DNA of 64,000 bases from a virus. Taxonomy: Duplodnaviria; Caudoviricetes. This document shows positions 42,779 through 51,028 of the stretch, piece by piece. The stretch is from IMG/VR virus record IMGVR_UViG_3300009183_000045. One strand, given 5' to 3'. The first letter of the stretch is position 1. Each line of letters opens with the position of its first letter. A program made the translations under genes and the position numbers. The notes beneath the pieces are model-generated. The model was not told the DNA's origin and searched no databases. It saw only the letters and a list, made by a program, of their open reading frames with translations.

Positions 42779-44794
42779 TTAATAGTAATGCACATTAGAA
42801 AGAACAACATCTCCCATTATAGTACTAGTAAGGGGTGCATTATACCTAGAAGTAAATGTTAACTGTGAAATTTCTAAAGATTCAATATATAAAGGACTTT
42901 CCCATCTAACATCGTCTATATCCACAAGTAAATTATACGGTTGATAACCCGCTGAAGTTAAATAACAAAAACTTCCATTATTGGGTAAAGAAGTTGCTGG
43001 TACAGTAAGAGTCCTATTATAGAACCAATTAGGCAATCTAAACCAATTAGTGCCACTTACTGGACTAAAATACATATGATGAGCATCAAACATAGTAGTA
43101 TCTAAAATAGGTGTTGTTTGAGTTGTTCCAGTAACAACCGCATCATCCCATAATTTAACATAACCACTGGAAACATTGCCGGCAAAAGTTGCATAATAAA
43201 CTTCAACGTTGCCAGAAACAGAAGTATAAATGGTGTGATCTGCGGTAGATCTAAATATCACTACACTTGGCAGCGGACACATAATCACTTTAGGATCAAC
43301 CCATCGGCCGTCATCCATGTTAACCAATACATTACCAGAACCTTTTATATAGCATGTTGTAGCACTGAAAGGAAGTCCTAAGGAAGGAACAGTTAAAAGA
43401 CTGTTTGAAAACCACTTATAAGTGTCATACCAATTATTTTCTGCTGCATTTGCTTTAAAGTATAAAGCACTACTGGCATCATAATTTGTTTGAGTAACCA
43501 AAGGATGGTAAACATATCCCGTTATAGTAGCAGAATTCTTAACAATTAATTCACCCATTATTCTTCCTATACTAGAGGAATAATCATCAAAAATAGCAGA
43601 CAACACAACAGTGCCGCTGTTTATAGAATGATTTGTAAATACTCCATTATTTACAATGCCCTCATTTTCTGAATAATCTTTAAATGTAACCGGATATCCT
43701 AGTAAGGTAGATTTGTTAATTGAATAATCAGCAAAAACTCCTTGATTCAAAATAGTCAATTGACCCTCCCTATCCCCTCCCAGAGTAGCATGATCATAAG
43801 CAGATAACCCCTTAACTACGTGAGATTGAGAAGAAAATCCAGTTACTTGCCCAATGATTACAACTTCTTTGGTTTCATCCGGCATTTGATCCGATTTAGT
43901 TCCATTAGGTAAAATCCAAGAGGTTGATATGTCCCAATTAGAATTTTCTACAAACATCATATCACCTATAACTGGGTCTCCGTTTACATAAAAACCGGCA
44001 TGGCTTACATTTTGACCATTAAAGCCAATGGATCTAGGCAATTTGCTAGGTGACACTCCTCCGGTAAGAGCATGTCCATCTTTATATAATTTTCCATTAT
44101 ATAGACCAGAACCCCTATATCCGTGATACATATACAATCCTCCACTTAAAGTTTCTGTAAAAGATCTCTGACCATTAGAATCATAGGAAATTCCTTTAAA
44201 AACTCCGGCACCCAAAACTCCATTATTAAAATACAATTCTTCCTCTCCGATATTAGTGGAATCAATATTTTTCCAAGTTGAAAAATCATCCCCGGTAACT
44301 GGTCCAGTGTATTTTACACCATTCTTGTATAAGACATTATTAAATAATCCACTTCCTAAAGATCCATTGTAGTAATAACAACCATTAGCAACTTCATTGT
44401 TTAATAATAATCCGTTATTTCCATAAGTTTTTCCTTTTAATATTCCCTTGTCGACTATTCCTAAATTGTAATATTTTGCAGAAGCTCCTATGTCTGTAGA
44501 ATTAAAATTTGCCCAAGTAGAAATAATATTATTTGAAGCCAATCCTATATACTTTACTCCATTTTTATACAACACTCCATTATATAAGCCACTTGCCATT
44601 AATCCATTATTATAATATTTGTCATTAAATAATCCGTTTTGTATAGATCCATCAATCCCGTGTAATAGCCCATGCACATATCCCGAAGCAGGTGTTCCGT
44701 TTTTATAGTAAATTCCATCCTTCTCACCGGTATAAGGAGAATCATTATAATATAGATGAAGAATATCTGAATAAAAACCAGGATGAGTGCTCAT
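42779..44794 (-). CDS. Repeat-rich putative virion protein (YYNNG repeats, F.D.S.N.G repeats)
   Basis: The GLFNNVLYKNGVKY block is duplicated; NWF..NW repeats. Confidence 0.55.
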   Translation of the reverse strand: MSTHPGFYSDILHLYYNDSPYTGEKDGIYYKNGTPASGYVHGLLHGIDGSIQNGLFNDKYYNNGLMASGLYNGVLYKNGVKYIGLASNNIISTWANFNSTDIGASAKYYNLGIVDKGILKGKTYGNNGLLLNNEVANGCYYYNGSLGSGLFNNVLYKNGVKYTGPVTGDDFSTWKNIDSTNIGEEELYFNNGVLGAGVFKGISYDSNGQRSFTETLSGGLYMYHGYRGSGLYNGKLYKDGHALTGGVSPSKLPRSIGFNGQNVSHAGFYVNGDPVIGDMMFVENSNWDISTSWILPNGTKSDQMPDETKEVVIIGQVTGFSSQSHVVKGLSAYDHATLGGDREGQLTILNQGVFADYSINKSTLLGYPVTFKDYSENEGIVNNGVFTNHSINSGTVVLSAIFDDYSSSIGRIMGELIVKNSATITGYVYHPLVTQTNYDASSALYFKANAAENNWYDTYKWFSNSLLTVPSLGLPFSATTCYIKGSGNVLVNMDDGRWVDPKVIMCPLPSVVIFRSTADHTIYTSVSGNVEVYYATFAGNVSSGYVKLWDDAVVTGTTQTTPILDTTMFDAHHMYFSPVSGTNWFRLPNWFYNRTLTVPATSLPNNGSFCYLTSAGYQPYNLLVDIDDVRWESPLYIESLEISQLTFTSRYNAPLTSTIMGDVVLSNVHYY

Positions 44795-44898
44795 ATGTAA
44801 TACTACATATATTTACTCCAATCTAAATAAAATCTAAGAGTTCTATAAAATTTAAAATTTAGGTGGGATTTCAGATCTGAATCTGTTATAATTTTAAT

Positions 44899-45126
44899 AT
44901 GAATTTAACAGAGGGAAAATCTTATTACATAGACTACAAAGCTAAGGGAGACGACACAGACGAAAATTCCTATTGTGGCAAGGGAATTTATACAGGTGAA
45001 TTTATTACAGATGAAAATAACGGACAAATACTTTACTATTTTAAAAACCTTCGCGTAAAGGAAGGTTTTATGGACGGTGGTTGGTTTTCCACAGGCGATA
45101 TCGAAAATGAATTAATCCATGAATAA
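44899..45126 (+). CDS. Hypothetical protein
   Basis: TATAAT upstream; N-terminus similar to 60180..60407. Confidence 0.55.
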   Translation: MNLTEGKSYYIDYKAKGDDTDENSYCGKGIYTGEFITDENNGQILYYFKNLRVKEGFMDGGWFSTGDIENELIHE

Positions 45127-45307
45127 AAAAGAAAAACCCTTAAATTCTAAAACAAAAGACTCTCCAGAAACCTCTATGACGCTTTTACAAGCCGAACAAT
45201 ACCTTCGTAAAATAGGAGAATGGTCTGACGCCACTCAATTAGATAGAGAAATTATTATCAACTGGGCTACCTTCCTAAAAAAGAAAGAGAGTCAAATTAA
45301 ATCATAA
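45119..45307 (+). CDS. Hypothetical protein
   Basis: Start overlaps the upstream stop. Confidence 0.5.
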   Translation: MNKKEKPLNSKTKDSPETSMTLLQAEQYLRKIGEWSDATQLDREIIINWATFLKKKESQIKS

Positions 45308-45348
45308 TATTTCGTGAGTTCTTCGCAGGTTCCCTTTATTATTAAATA

Positions 45349-45666
45349 ATGAAACGCAGGAGTTATGTTAAGATTACCAAGTTGTCTGCTTCAGAAGATC
45401 CCGTTTGTCAAACACCTTCTGAGCATGAATATCAAACTCTCAAGGACCAGGCTATCATTTCTCTACCAGTAGATTACTGGGTAGAAGGATATTTATTTCA
45501 GGAACCAGAAATTGATAAACCCGTAGTAGTAGAAAGAGAGATTCGGAACGGAATTAAGGTCTCTGGATTATTTACAACCTCTTTAGTTGTTGAAGTTTTG
45601 GAAGATGGGTTCAAAACTCTCAATTCAGTTTATAAATTAAAATATATAAGGATACCCAATGAATAA
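45349..45666 (+). CDS. Hypothetical protein
   Basis: ORF; TATTAT upstream. Confidence 0.55.
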   Translation: MKRRSYVKITKLSASEDPVCQTPSEHEYQTLKDQAIISLPVDYWVEGYLFQEPEIDKPVVVEREIRNGIKVSGLFTTSLVVEVLEDGFKTLNSVYKLKYIRIPNE

Positions 45667-46366
45667 GCCTCTTATATTAGTCTACACAGATCATCCAATG
45701 TGTAGTATCGATTGTGCTGATGCTACTTATGAAGTATTGAGTAGATCTGGTCTTTATGAGGTCAGAATGATTGGACCCAGTTCTTATCCTTATTTAGAAT
45801 TTAATAAAGAAAACATCTCCCTCGCAGCTAGTTTAGTTTTTCCTGGTGGTTTAGGAGATGCAGATCAATTTGATGAAAATCTTATAAACCACAAACAAAT
45901 GGTTTATGATTATGTTGCAGAAGGTGGCGCCTATCTAGGCATATGCCAAGGTGCTTACTTTGCTAGTAAACACTATTTTGATCTCCTAGGAGATATAGAA
46001 GCTGTACAGCATATTAAAAGACCGAAAGCCTCTACTCGCAAGAGTGGTCCTGCCATTGTACCTTTGACTTGGAGAAACTCTGGACCACATTTAACATACT
46101 TCCATGACGGAGCTTCTTTTGTCGCCACAGAAGGGAGAGAGGAAGCGTGTTATGCTACCATACATGCGTTTTATGAGAACGGAGATGCTGCTGCTCTCAT
46201 ACAACACCTATGGAAGGGGTCTATTGGAGTTATCGGCCCTCATCCAGAAGCCATGCGTTGGTGGTTCTATTCTCAGTCACAGGTGCTTGAAGGGTGGAAA
46301 AATCCTCTGCAGCATGATTTGCTGCTGGACTTTGTCAATCATTTACTATATCCTCATAGTGTATGA
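45659..46366 (+). CDS. Class I glutamine-amidotransferase-like (BPL_N-type) protein
   Basis: FPGGLGD, GGAYLGICQGAY (nucleophile elbow), GPHPE. Confidence 0.75.
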   Translation: MNKPLILVYTDHPMCSIDCADATYEVLSRSGLYEVRMIGPSSYPYLEFNKENISLAASLVFPGGLGDADQFDENLINHKQMVYDYVAEGGAYLGICQGAYFASKHYFDLLGDIEAVQHIKRPKASTRKSGPAIVPLTWRNSGPHLTYFHDGASFVATEGREEACYATIHAFYENGDAAALIQHLWKGSIGVIGPHPEAMRWWFYSQSQVLEGWKNPLQHDLLLDFVNHLLYPHSV

Positions 46367-47487
46367 AAATTGAACTTCCTGATTCAGATCAATTCAATCT
46401 CAAAGACTGTATCATCGCGGGAGATGAATGTGTACTCATTACCCCTAAAGGTATGGACGTAGAATGGAACGATAAAAATAAAATATTTCGTTCTTCTATC
46501 TGGCGCAAATCTGACATGCACCCTATCAGTTTAGGCTTTAAAAAGTTCAACAATATGGGTGAAAAGCCTTTATTTGAACCCAACGACAACGACACTGATT
46601 TAGAGTTTATGCGAAAAGTGGATGGCAGTCTACTTATTGTCTCTCAATATAAAGGAGAGCTTATTGTTCGTACTAGAGGTACTACTAATGCAACTCAATT
46701 ACCTAACGGCCATGAAATTACTATACTCAAAGAAAAGTATCCAAGAGTGTTTGATAATCTATGGCTTCAGTCTGAAAATTATAGTTTGTTGTTTGAATGG
46801 ACTACTCCTACTAATCGTATAGTTCTTAAAGAAAGTGAAGAACCGACTTTATGGTTAATTGGTATTGTAGCTCATAAAAACCCATCAGATGATACTTTTA
46901 TGATGTTTATGGGGGTTACTCAATTTTCTTATAGATACTTTACGCAATTCGAATTAGATCAGCAAGCTATCTTTCTAGAAGTACCCCGGCCAGAAAGATA
47001 TGAACTAAATCTTTTAAATGTATCTGAGTATCTTAAAGACAAAGAATCTATTGAAGGTGTGGTCATTTATAGCAACAATGGTCAGACTCTCAAGAAGGTC
47101 AAGACTCCTCGATATCTGTATATGCATCGAGTGTTCACTGGAGTAAAGACTGTAGATCATTTATTTGATTTATTTGTAGAGTATGGACAACCTCAAAGAG
47201 AAAACTTTGAAGCTCTATTAGCTACTAATTTTGATTGGGAGTTAGTTGTTGCTTTAGCTCCTCTAATGGATGAGCTATATAATAAGATTAGATTGATTAC
47301 GTATAAATTAATGCAGATATCTGTATTTTTAATTAATCCAGATTTTATAGCTTTAGACCGTAAAGGAAAAGCTCAAAAGATTCTTCAGCAGTTCCCTAAT
47401 GATTCTGGGATTGCTTTTGCTTTACTAGATAGCAAAAAGATTCCTCCTCACAAACTTTGGGAGACGTTCAAGCAACACCTTGAGTAG
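46363..47487 (+). CDS. RNA ligase, T4 Rnl1-like
   Basis: GFKKFNNMGE, KVDGSL (motif I), FEWTTPTNRIVL, EGVV, KVKT. Confidence 0.8.
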   Translation: MKIELPDSDQFNLKDCIIAGDECVLITPKGMDVEWNDKNKIFRSSIWRKSDMHPISLGFKKFNNMGEKPLFEPNDNDTDLEFMRKVDGSLLIVSQYKGELIVRTRGTTNATQLPNGHEITILKEKYPRVFDNLWLQSENYSLLFEWTTPTNRIVLKESEEPTLWLIGIVAHKNPSDDTFMMFMGVTQFSYRYFTQFELDQQAIFLEVPRPERYELNLLNVSEYLKDKESIEGVVIYSNNGQTLKKVKTPRYLYMHRVFTGVKTVDHLFDLFVEYGQPQRENFEALLATNFDWELVVALAPLMDELYNKIRLITYKLMQISVFLINPDFIALDRKGKAQKILQQFPNDSGIAFALLDSKKIPPHKLWETFKQHLE

Positions 47488-48106
47488 CGGCTTGAGCGGA
47501 ACCCGGAACCGGGGGTGCACTAGTAGGAGGAACCATTCCTCCTAAGTTTGATTTCTTTTCTCTATAATCTGAAGGCATACCAGAAGCTTTTTGACCTGTG
47601 AAGGCCATTAAAGATTCTCTAATCTTTGGAACATATTGTGCTAATTTTTCATTCTTAGCTGCGGCATCTAACACCTCATTGACTTTGTCTTGATTTTGTT
47701 GTATGAGAGTTTTTGCTTCTGCAATCTTCGGAGCAGCGGTTGCAATTGCAGTACCAACTTTTCCTATTCCTCTTTCTGCAAATTTTCCGACTGTACCCAA
47801 TTCCTTTAAAGCTTTAGATCCTTTAGATATCCATCCAGCAATTTTAGGTAACTTAGCCAATTCTCCCACTTCCGGAATACAAGATATCAAACTGAAAGCT
47901 GCATTGAGCCAGTCTCCTTCTTCCGCATACCAAAGAGTATTGGTGAGATCAAACGGAATATTTAAACCCGGCACCCAAAAGGTGGCCAGAGAAGCCACAT
48001 CCAACGCAGCATGTCCTACATCAGACCAAGTACCTTCCTTAACCATTTGTTGTCTCTTCATGGAAAGATAAAGATTTTCTAGTTGAATCTGATCCTTGGT
48101 GCGCAT
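47468..48106 (-). CDS. Late protein with MRTKD leader and pre-toxin TG-like domain
   Basis: HAALDVAS...VPG...DLTNTLWYAEEGDWLNAAFSLISCIPEVG; TAAATA 6 nt upstream. Confidence 0.6.
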   Translation of the reverse strand: MRTKDQIQLENLYLSMKRQQMVKEGTWSDVGHAALDVASLATFWVPGLNIPFDLTNTLWYAEEGDWLNAAFSLISCIPEVGELAKLPKIAGWISKGSKALKELGTVGKFAERGIGKVGTAIATAAPKIAEAKTLIQQNQDKVNEVLDAAAKNEKLAQYVPKIRESLMAFTGQKASGMPSDYREKKSNLGGMVPPTSAPPVPGSAQAATQGVA

Positions 48107-48112
48107 ATTATA

Positions 48113-48118
48113 TATTTA
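48113..48118 (-). promoter_or_regulatory. T4-late-like promoter TAAATA
   Basis: 6 nt before ATG 48106. Confidence 0.6.
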
Positions 48119-48738
48119 TGGATGTGATGTATAAATTCTCAGAAGAAGATTATGATAAATTGTTTGTCACCTCAGACACACATTTTAACCATGATAAAGA
48201 ATTTGTATGGAATACAAGAGGCTATTCTAGTTCTCTAGAGATGACAGATGATATGATTGAAGTCATTAATAAAACAGTTGGAGAAGATGGTACTCTTTTA
48301 CATCTAGGTGATTTCTGCTTAAACACTAGCACAGAAATGTATCGGAATATTCTACAACGTCTCAAAATTAAAGCAATCTGGATGCTCTGGGGTAATCACA
48401 ATAACCCTATTCAAAAAAGTTATGGAGGAAGGGTAGAACAGATTAATGCCTTTCATGGTCCCTTGTATATCAAATATCTCCAACACTATTTTACATTTCG
48501 TCGAGGCAAGAAAACATTTGTTTGTTTGCATTATCCCATGAGAATATGGGATGGAATGTATCACGGAGCCATGCATTTGTGTGGTCATAGTCACGGTTCA
48601 TTAGAAGTTTCTAGACCAGAAAATAAAATCTACAAGATATTAGATTGTGGTTGGGATATCCACAAGAAGCCATTGACAATGAAAGAAATTGAAGATATAA
48701 TGAATACGAAAGAAATTAACAATTTACACCACGTATGA
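48118..48738 (+). CDS. Calcineurin-like metallophosphoesterase
   Basis: SDTHFNH, HLGDF, GNHN, HYP, GHSH. Confidence 0.85.
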   Translation: MDVMYKFSEEDYDKLFVTSDTHFNHDKEFVWNTRGYSSSLEMTDDMIEVINKTVGEDGTLLHLGDFCLNTSTEMYRNILQRLKIKAIWMLWGNHNNPIQKSYGGRVEQINAFHGPLYIKYLQHYFTFRRGKKTFVCLHYPMRIWDGMYHGAMHLCGHSHGSLEVSRPENKIYKILDCGWDIHKKPLTMKEIEDIMNTKEINNLHHV

Positions 48739-48893
48739 ACTTTACCCCAAATCCTAAAACTCATTTTTATATTAGTATTCTTAAATCCGGTTTTCGCATC
48801 TGGGCTGGTTGGAAATTAATTAAAGGAGACGCCATTACAGCCGGAGTTCTTTTAATCTCTGCAGAGATTCTGGGTATTGTAGAAGAACTATAA
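48735..48893 (+). CDS. 52-aa membrane protein missed by the ORF track
   Basis: MNFTPNPKTHFYISILKSGFRIWAGWKLIKGDAITAGVLLISAEILGIVEEL; ATGA overlap with the upstream gene. Confidence 0.6.
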   Translation: MNFTPNPKTHFYISILKSGFRIWAGWKLIKGDAITAGVLLISAEILGIVEEL

Positions 48894-48897
48894 AACT

Positions 48898-48986
48898 TTT
48901 GTTCCGTGGTAACCGTTAACCCTCCGGTAGTAGGTTTTTATAAAAGATGGAAAGCCTTTATAATTTAAATCCTACCACGGAACAAA
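48898..48986. ncRNA. Candidate structured RNA or DNA element (three-way junction)
   Basis: 14-bp perfect inverted repeat tttgttccgtggta/taccacggaacaaa enclosing accg/cggt, gtagg/cctac and tataaa/tttata stems. Confidence 0.45.
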
Positions 48987-49005
48987 CCCTTCTTAAAGCT
49001 TCCGG

Positions 49006-49028
49006 TTCCCCTCAACATCCTCTATTAT
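49006..49028 (+). promoter_or_regulatory. TTCCC-N12-TATTAT promoter
   Basis: 6 nt before ATG 49035. Confidence 0.7.
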
Positions 49029-49034
49029 AAAAAT

Positions 49035-49232
49035 ATGTATTACACCGTATATGTCCGTGGTCTTCTAAACCAAATGGTTCCACTAGAAGTTAATTATGAA
49101 AAAATGATGTTCAATCTCGAAACCGGTGAACACCTCACTACAGCAGAAACCCTTCTTCTGGAACAGCTGCACCCAGAACTATTAGACCGGTACTTTGAAA
49201 TGCAGGGTGCCGTTCCTCTTCGTTCTCTCTAA
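49035..49232 (+). CDS. Hypothetical protein
   Basis: TTCCC promoter 6 nt upstream. Confidence 0.6.
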   Translation: MYYTVYVRGLLNQMVPLEVNYEKMMFNLETGEHLTTAETLLLEQLHPELLDRYFEMQGAVPLRSL

Positions 49233-49244
49233 TATTGTATCATA

Positions 49245-49403
49245 ATGAATGATGAACTAGCTGAAATGTATTCGGAATGGCTTGCAGAACAAAATTTAGT
49301 CAAAGCTTGGGATTACGCAGAAGAGCACACTCTAAGAGATGATTCTCCGGAAATCTTAGTGACGCCAGATTGGTCCACCTGGTGCCAACAACTTTGTTCT
49401 TAA
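49245..49403 (+). CDS. 52-aa hypothetical protein
   Basis: Read by hand (MNDELAEMYSEWLAEQ...). Confidence 0.5.
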   Translation: MNDELAEMYSEWLAEQNLVKAWDYAEEHTLRDDSPEILVTPDWSTWCQQLCS

Positions 49404-49412
49404 TCCTTGAAC

Positions 49413-49435
49413 TTCCCAGCTGAATCCTTTAATAT
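49413..49435 (+). promoter_or_regulatory. TTCCC-N12-TAATAT promoter
   Basis: 7 nt before ATG 49443. Confidence 0.7.
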
Positions 49436-49442
49436 TAACACA

Positions 49443-49709
49443 ATGAAGAACACAAATCCAAACCACCACGACATGTATACTCTTGAACATTCCTTTAAAA
49501 CCTCCTTTATTGATGCTGCACAATCTGTAGTTTCCTGGAGAGAGCCTCTAGAAGATCTCCTTTCAGAATATATCACCGAAGCTGAACACCAAGAAGGAGT
49601 TGGTTACTGGGACCAGTTTGATAGTGTCTCAGATGCTGTAGAAGATTTTACGAGGTTTGTTTCCTTCTGCGAAAATTCTGATAGTAGTAATCACGCGTTT
49701 GAACTGTAA
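49443..49709 (+). CDS. Hypothetical acidic protein
   Basis: ATG 7 nt after a TTCCC-N12-TAATAT promoter. Confidence 0.6.
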   Translation: MKNTNPNHHDMYTLEHSFKTSFIDAAQSVVSWREPLEDLLSEYITEAEHQEGVGYWDQFDSVSDAVEDFTRFVSFCENSDSSNHAFEL

Positions 49710-49729
49710 GTAAAATTCAAATATATTAA

Positions 49730-49829
49730 CCTCTAGTAACTCAGTTGGTAGATCTAGTGCTCCCTCATGGTTAAGGGCCAAAATGCCGGGATAAAGCGCT
49801 TGCCGTTGGTTCGAATCCAACCTAGAGGA
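49730..49829 (+). tRNA. Atypical tRNA-like gene with a 33-nt anticodon loop
   Basis: Acceptor CCTCTAG/CTAGAGG plus A73; D-loop AGTTGGTA; perfect T-arm GTTGG-TTCGAAT-CCAAC; anticodon stem GTGCT/AGCGC; no encoded CCA. Confidence 0.7.
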
Positions 49830-49839
49830 TCTCTTTTAA

Positions 49840-50499
49840 ATGATTACATTCTCTTCTCAAATTTTTAATCTTTCAAACCAACATTTATCCGTTGTTCTGT
49901 TGTGTTCTAGTGGTGTAGATAGCATTGCAGCTTCCCATTATTTTATTAATAAGTTTCAAGATACAAGAAGTATTGCTCTCTTACATTTCAATCACAATCT
50001 TCGAAAACAGAATATTGAAATGGAATATTCTTTTGAAAGATTTGCTAGAACAACTTCTGTACCGTTTTATATTGAAAATCTAGAATGTGGAGATGGTACT
50101 GAAGATTCCTGTCGCCAAGCTAGGTTGGAATATATCAAATCATACAAAGACACCATCTTCATTACAGCTCATCATCTTGATGATTGTGTAGAGAGTTATC
50201 TTCTCAACTGTATTAGAGGTAAAGAAGGATTTCTTCCTATCCCCTTTCAAACAGAAGTAGGCACCAATTTCATCAACAGACCCTTTCTTCTTAGTCGGAA
50301 GCAGGATCTATTAGAATACACCCACAAACACAACCTCCTCTCATACATTGTAGAAGATGAGACAAACATTCAGGTAAGAGGAAGTAGAAGGAATTTACTA
50401 AGAAATAAGATTATTCCTCTGTTAGAAGAAGAAAGAGTAGGTCTCTCCACTATTGTTAAAAAGAAGATTATGGAAAGGTTAAATATCTCATGTACATAG
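49840..50499 (+). CDS. tilS: tRNA(Ile)-lysidine synthetase, catalytic domain only
   Basis: SSGVDS (PP-loop), HFNHNLR, CRQARL, TAHHLDD, RPFL, EDETN, RNLLR. Confidence 0.85.
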   Translation: MITFSSQIFNLSNQHLSVVLLCSSGVDSIAASHYFINKFQDTRSIALLHFNHNLRKQNIEMEYSFERFARTTSVPFYIENLECGDGTEDSCRQARLEYIKSYKDTIFITAHHLDDCVESYLLNCIRGKEGFLPIPFQTEVGTNFINRPFLLSRKQDLLEYTHKHNLLSYIVEDETNIQVRGSRRNLLRNKIIPLLEEERVGLSTIVKKKIMERLNISCT

Positions 50500-51020
50500 A
50501 AGAAACCCTTTTGCCGGAAGTAAAAATATATACTCCAAAACGTTTTCAAGATGAAAGAGGATTCTTTTTTGAAAGCTTTAATCAAAAATATTTTAAGGAA
50601 TATACATTTGTTCAAGATAACCATTCTTGTTCCTCTAAAAATGTAGTGAGGGGGTTACATTATCAATTAGTTAAACCACAAGGCAAACTTGTTCGAGTTG
50701 TGGCCGGATCTATCCTAGACGTTGCGGTGGACATCAGAAAGTCTTCTCCTACTTTTGAACAATGGGTTTCAGTAGAGTTGACAGCAGATAATGGAAAACA
50801 ATTATGGGTACCACCAGGTTTTGCACATGCATTCATGGCACTAGAAGATAACACTCAGGTGCTTTATAAAACCACAGAATATTGGTATAAAGAATATGAC
50901 AGATCTATCCGTTGGAATGATGAACAACTAGGCATAGCCTGGCCTAATTTAGATTTGGCAATACTTTCTCAAAAAGACTTAGAAGCCCCTTTTTTATCAA
51001 AAGCAGATCTATTTGATTAA
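50490..51020 (+). CDS. rmlC: dTDP-4-dehydrorhamnose 3,5-epimerase
   Basis: DERGFFFES, QDNHS, RGLHYQ, DVAVDIR, PPGFAHAF. Confidence 0.95.
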   Translation: MYIEETLLPEVKIYTPKRFQDERGFFFESFNQKYFKEYTFVQDNHSCSSKNVVRGLHYQLVKPQGKLVRVVAGSILDVAVDIRKSSPTFEQWVSVELTADNGKQLWVPPGFAHAFMALEDNTQVLYKTTEYWYKEYDRSIRWNDEQLGIAWPNLDLAILSQKDLEAPFLSKADLFD

Positions 51021-51028
51021 AACAAAAT

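Noticed and set aside
49766-49800. Resemblance of TGGTTAAGGGCCA to the pistol ribozyme P1
   Set aside because: The downstream conserved pistol elements and the pseudoknot partner are absent.
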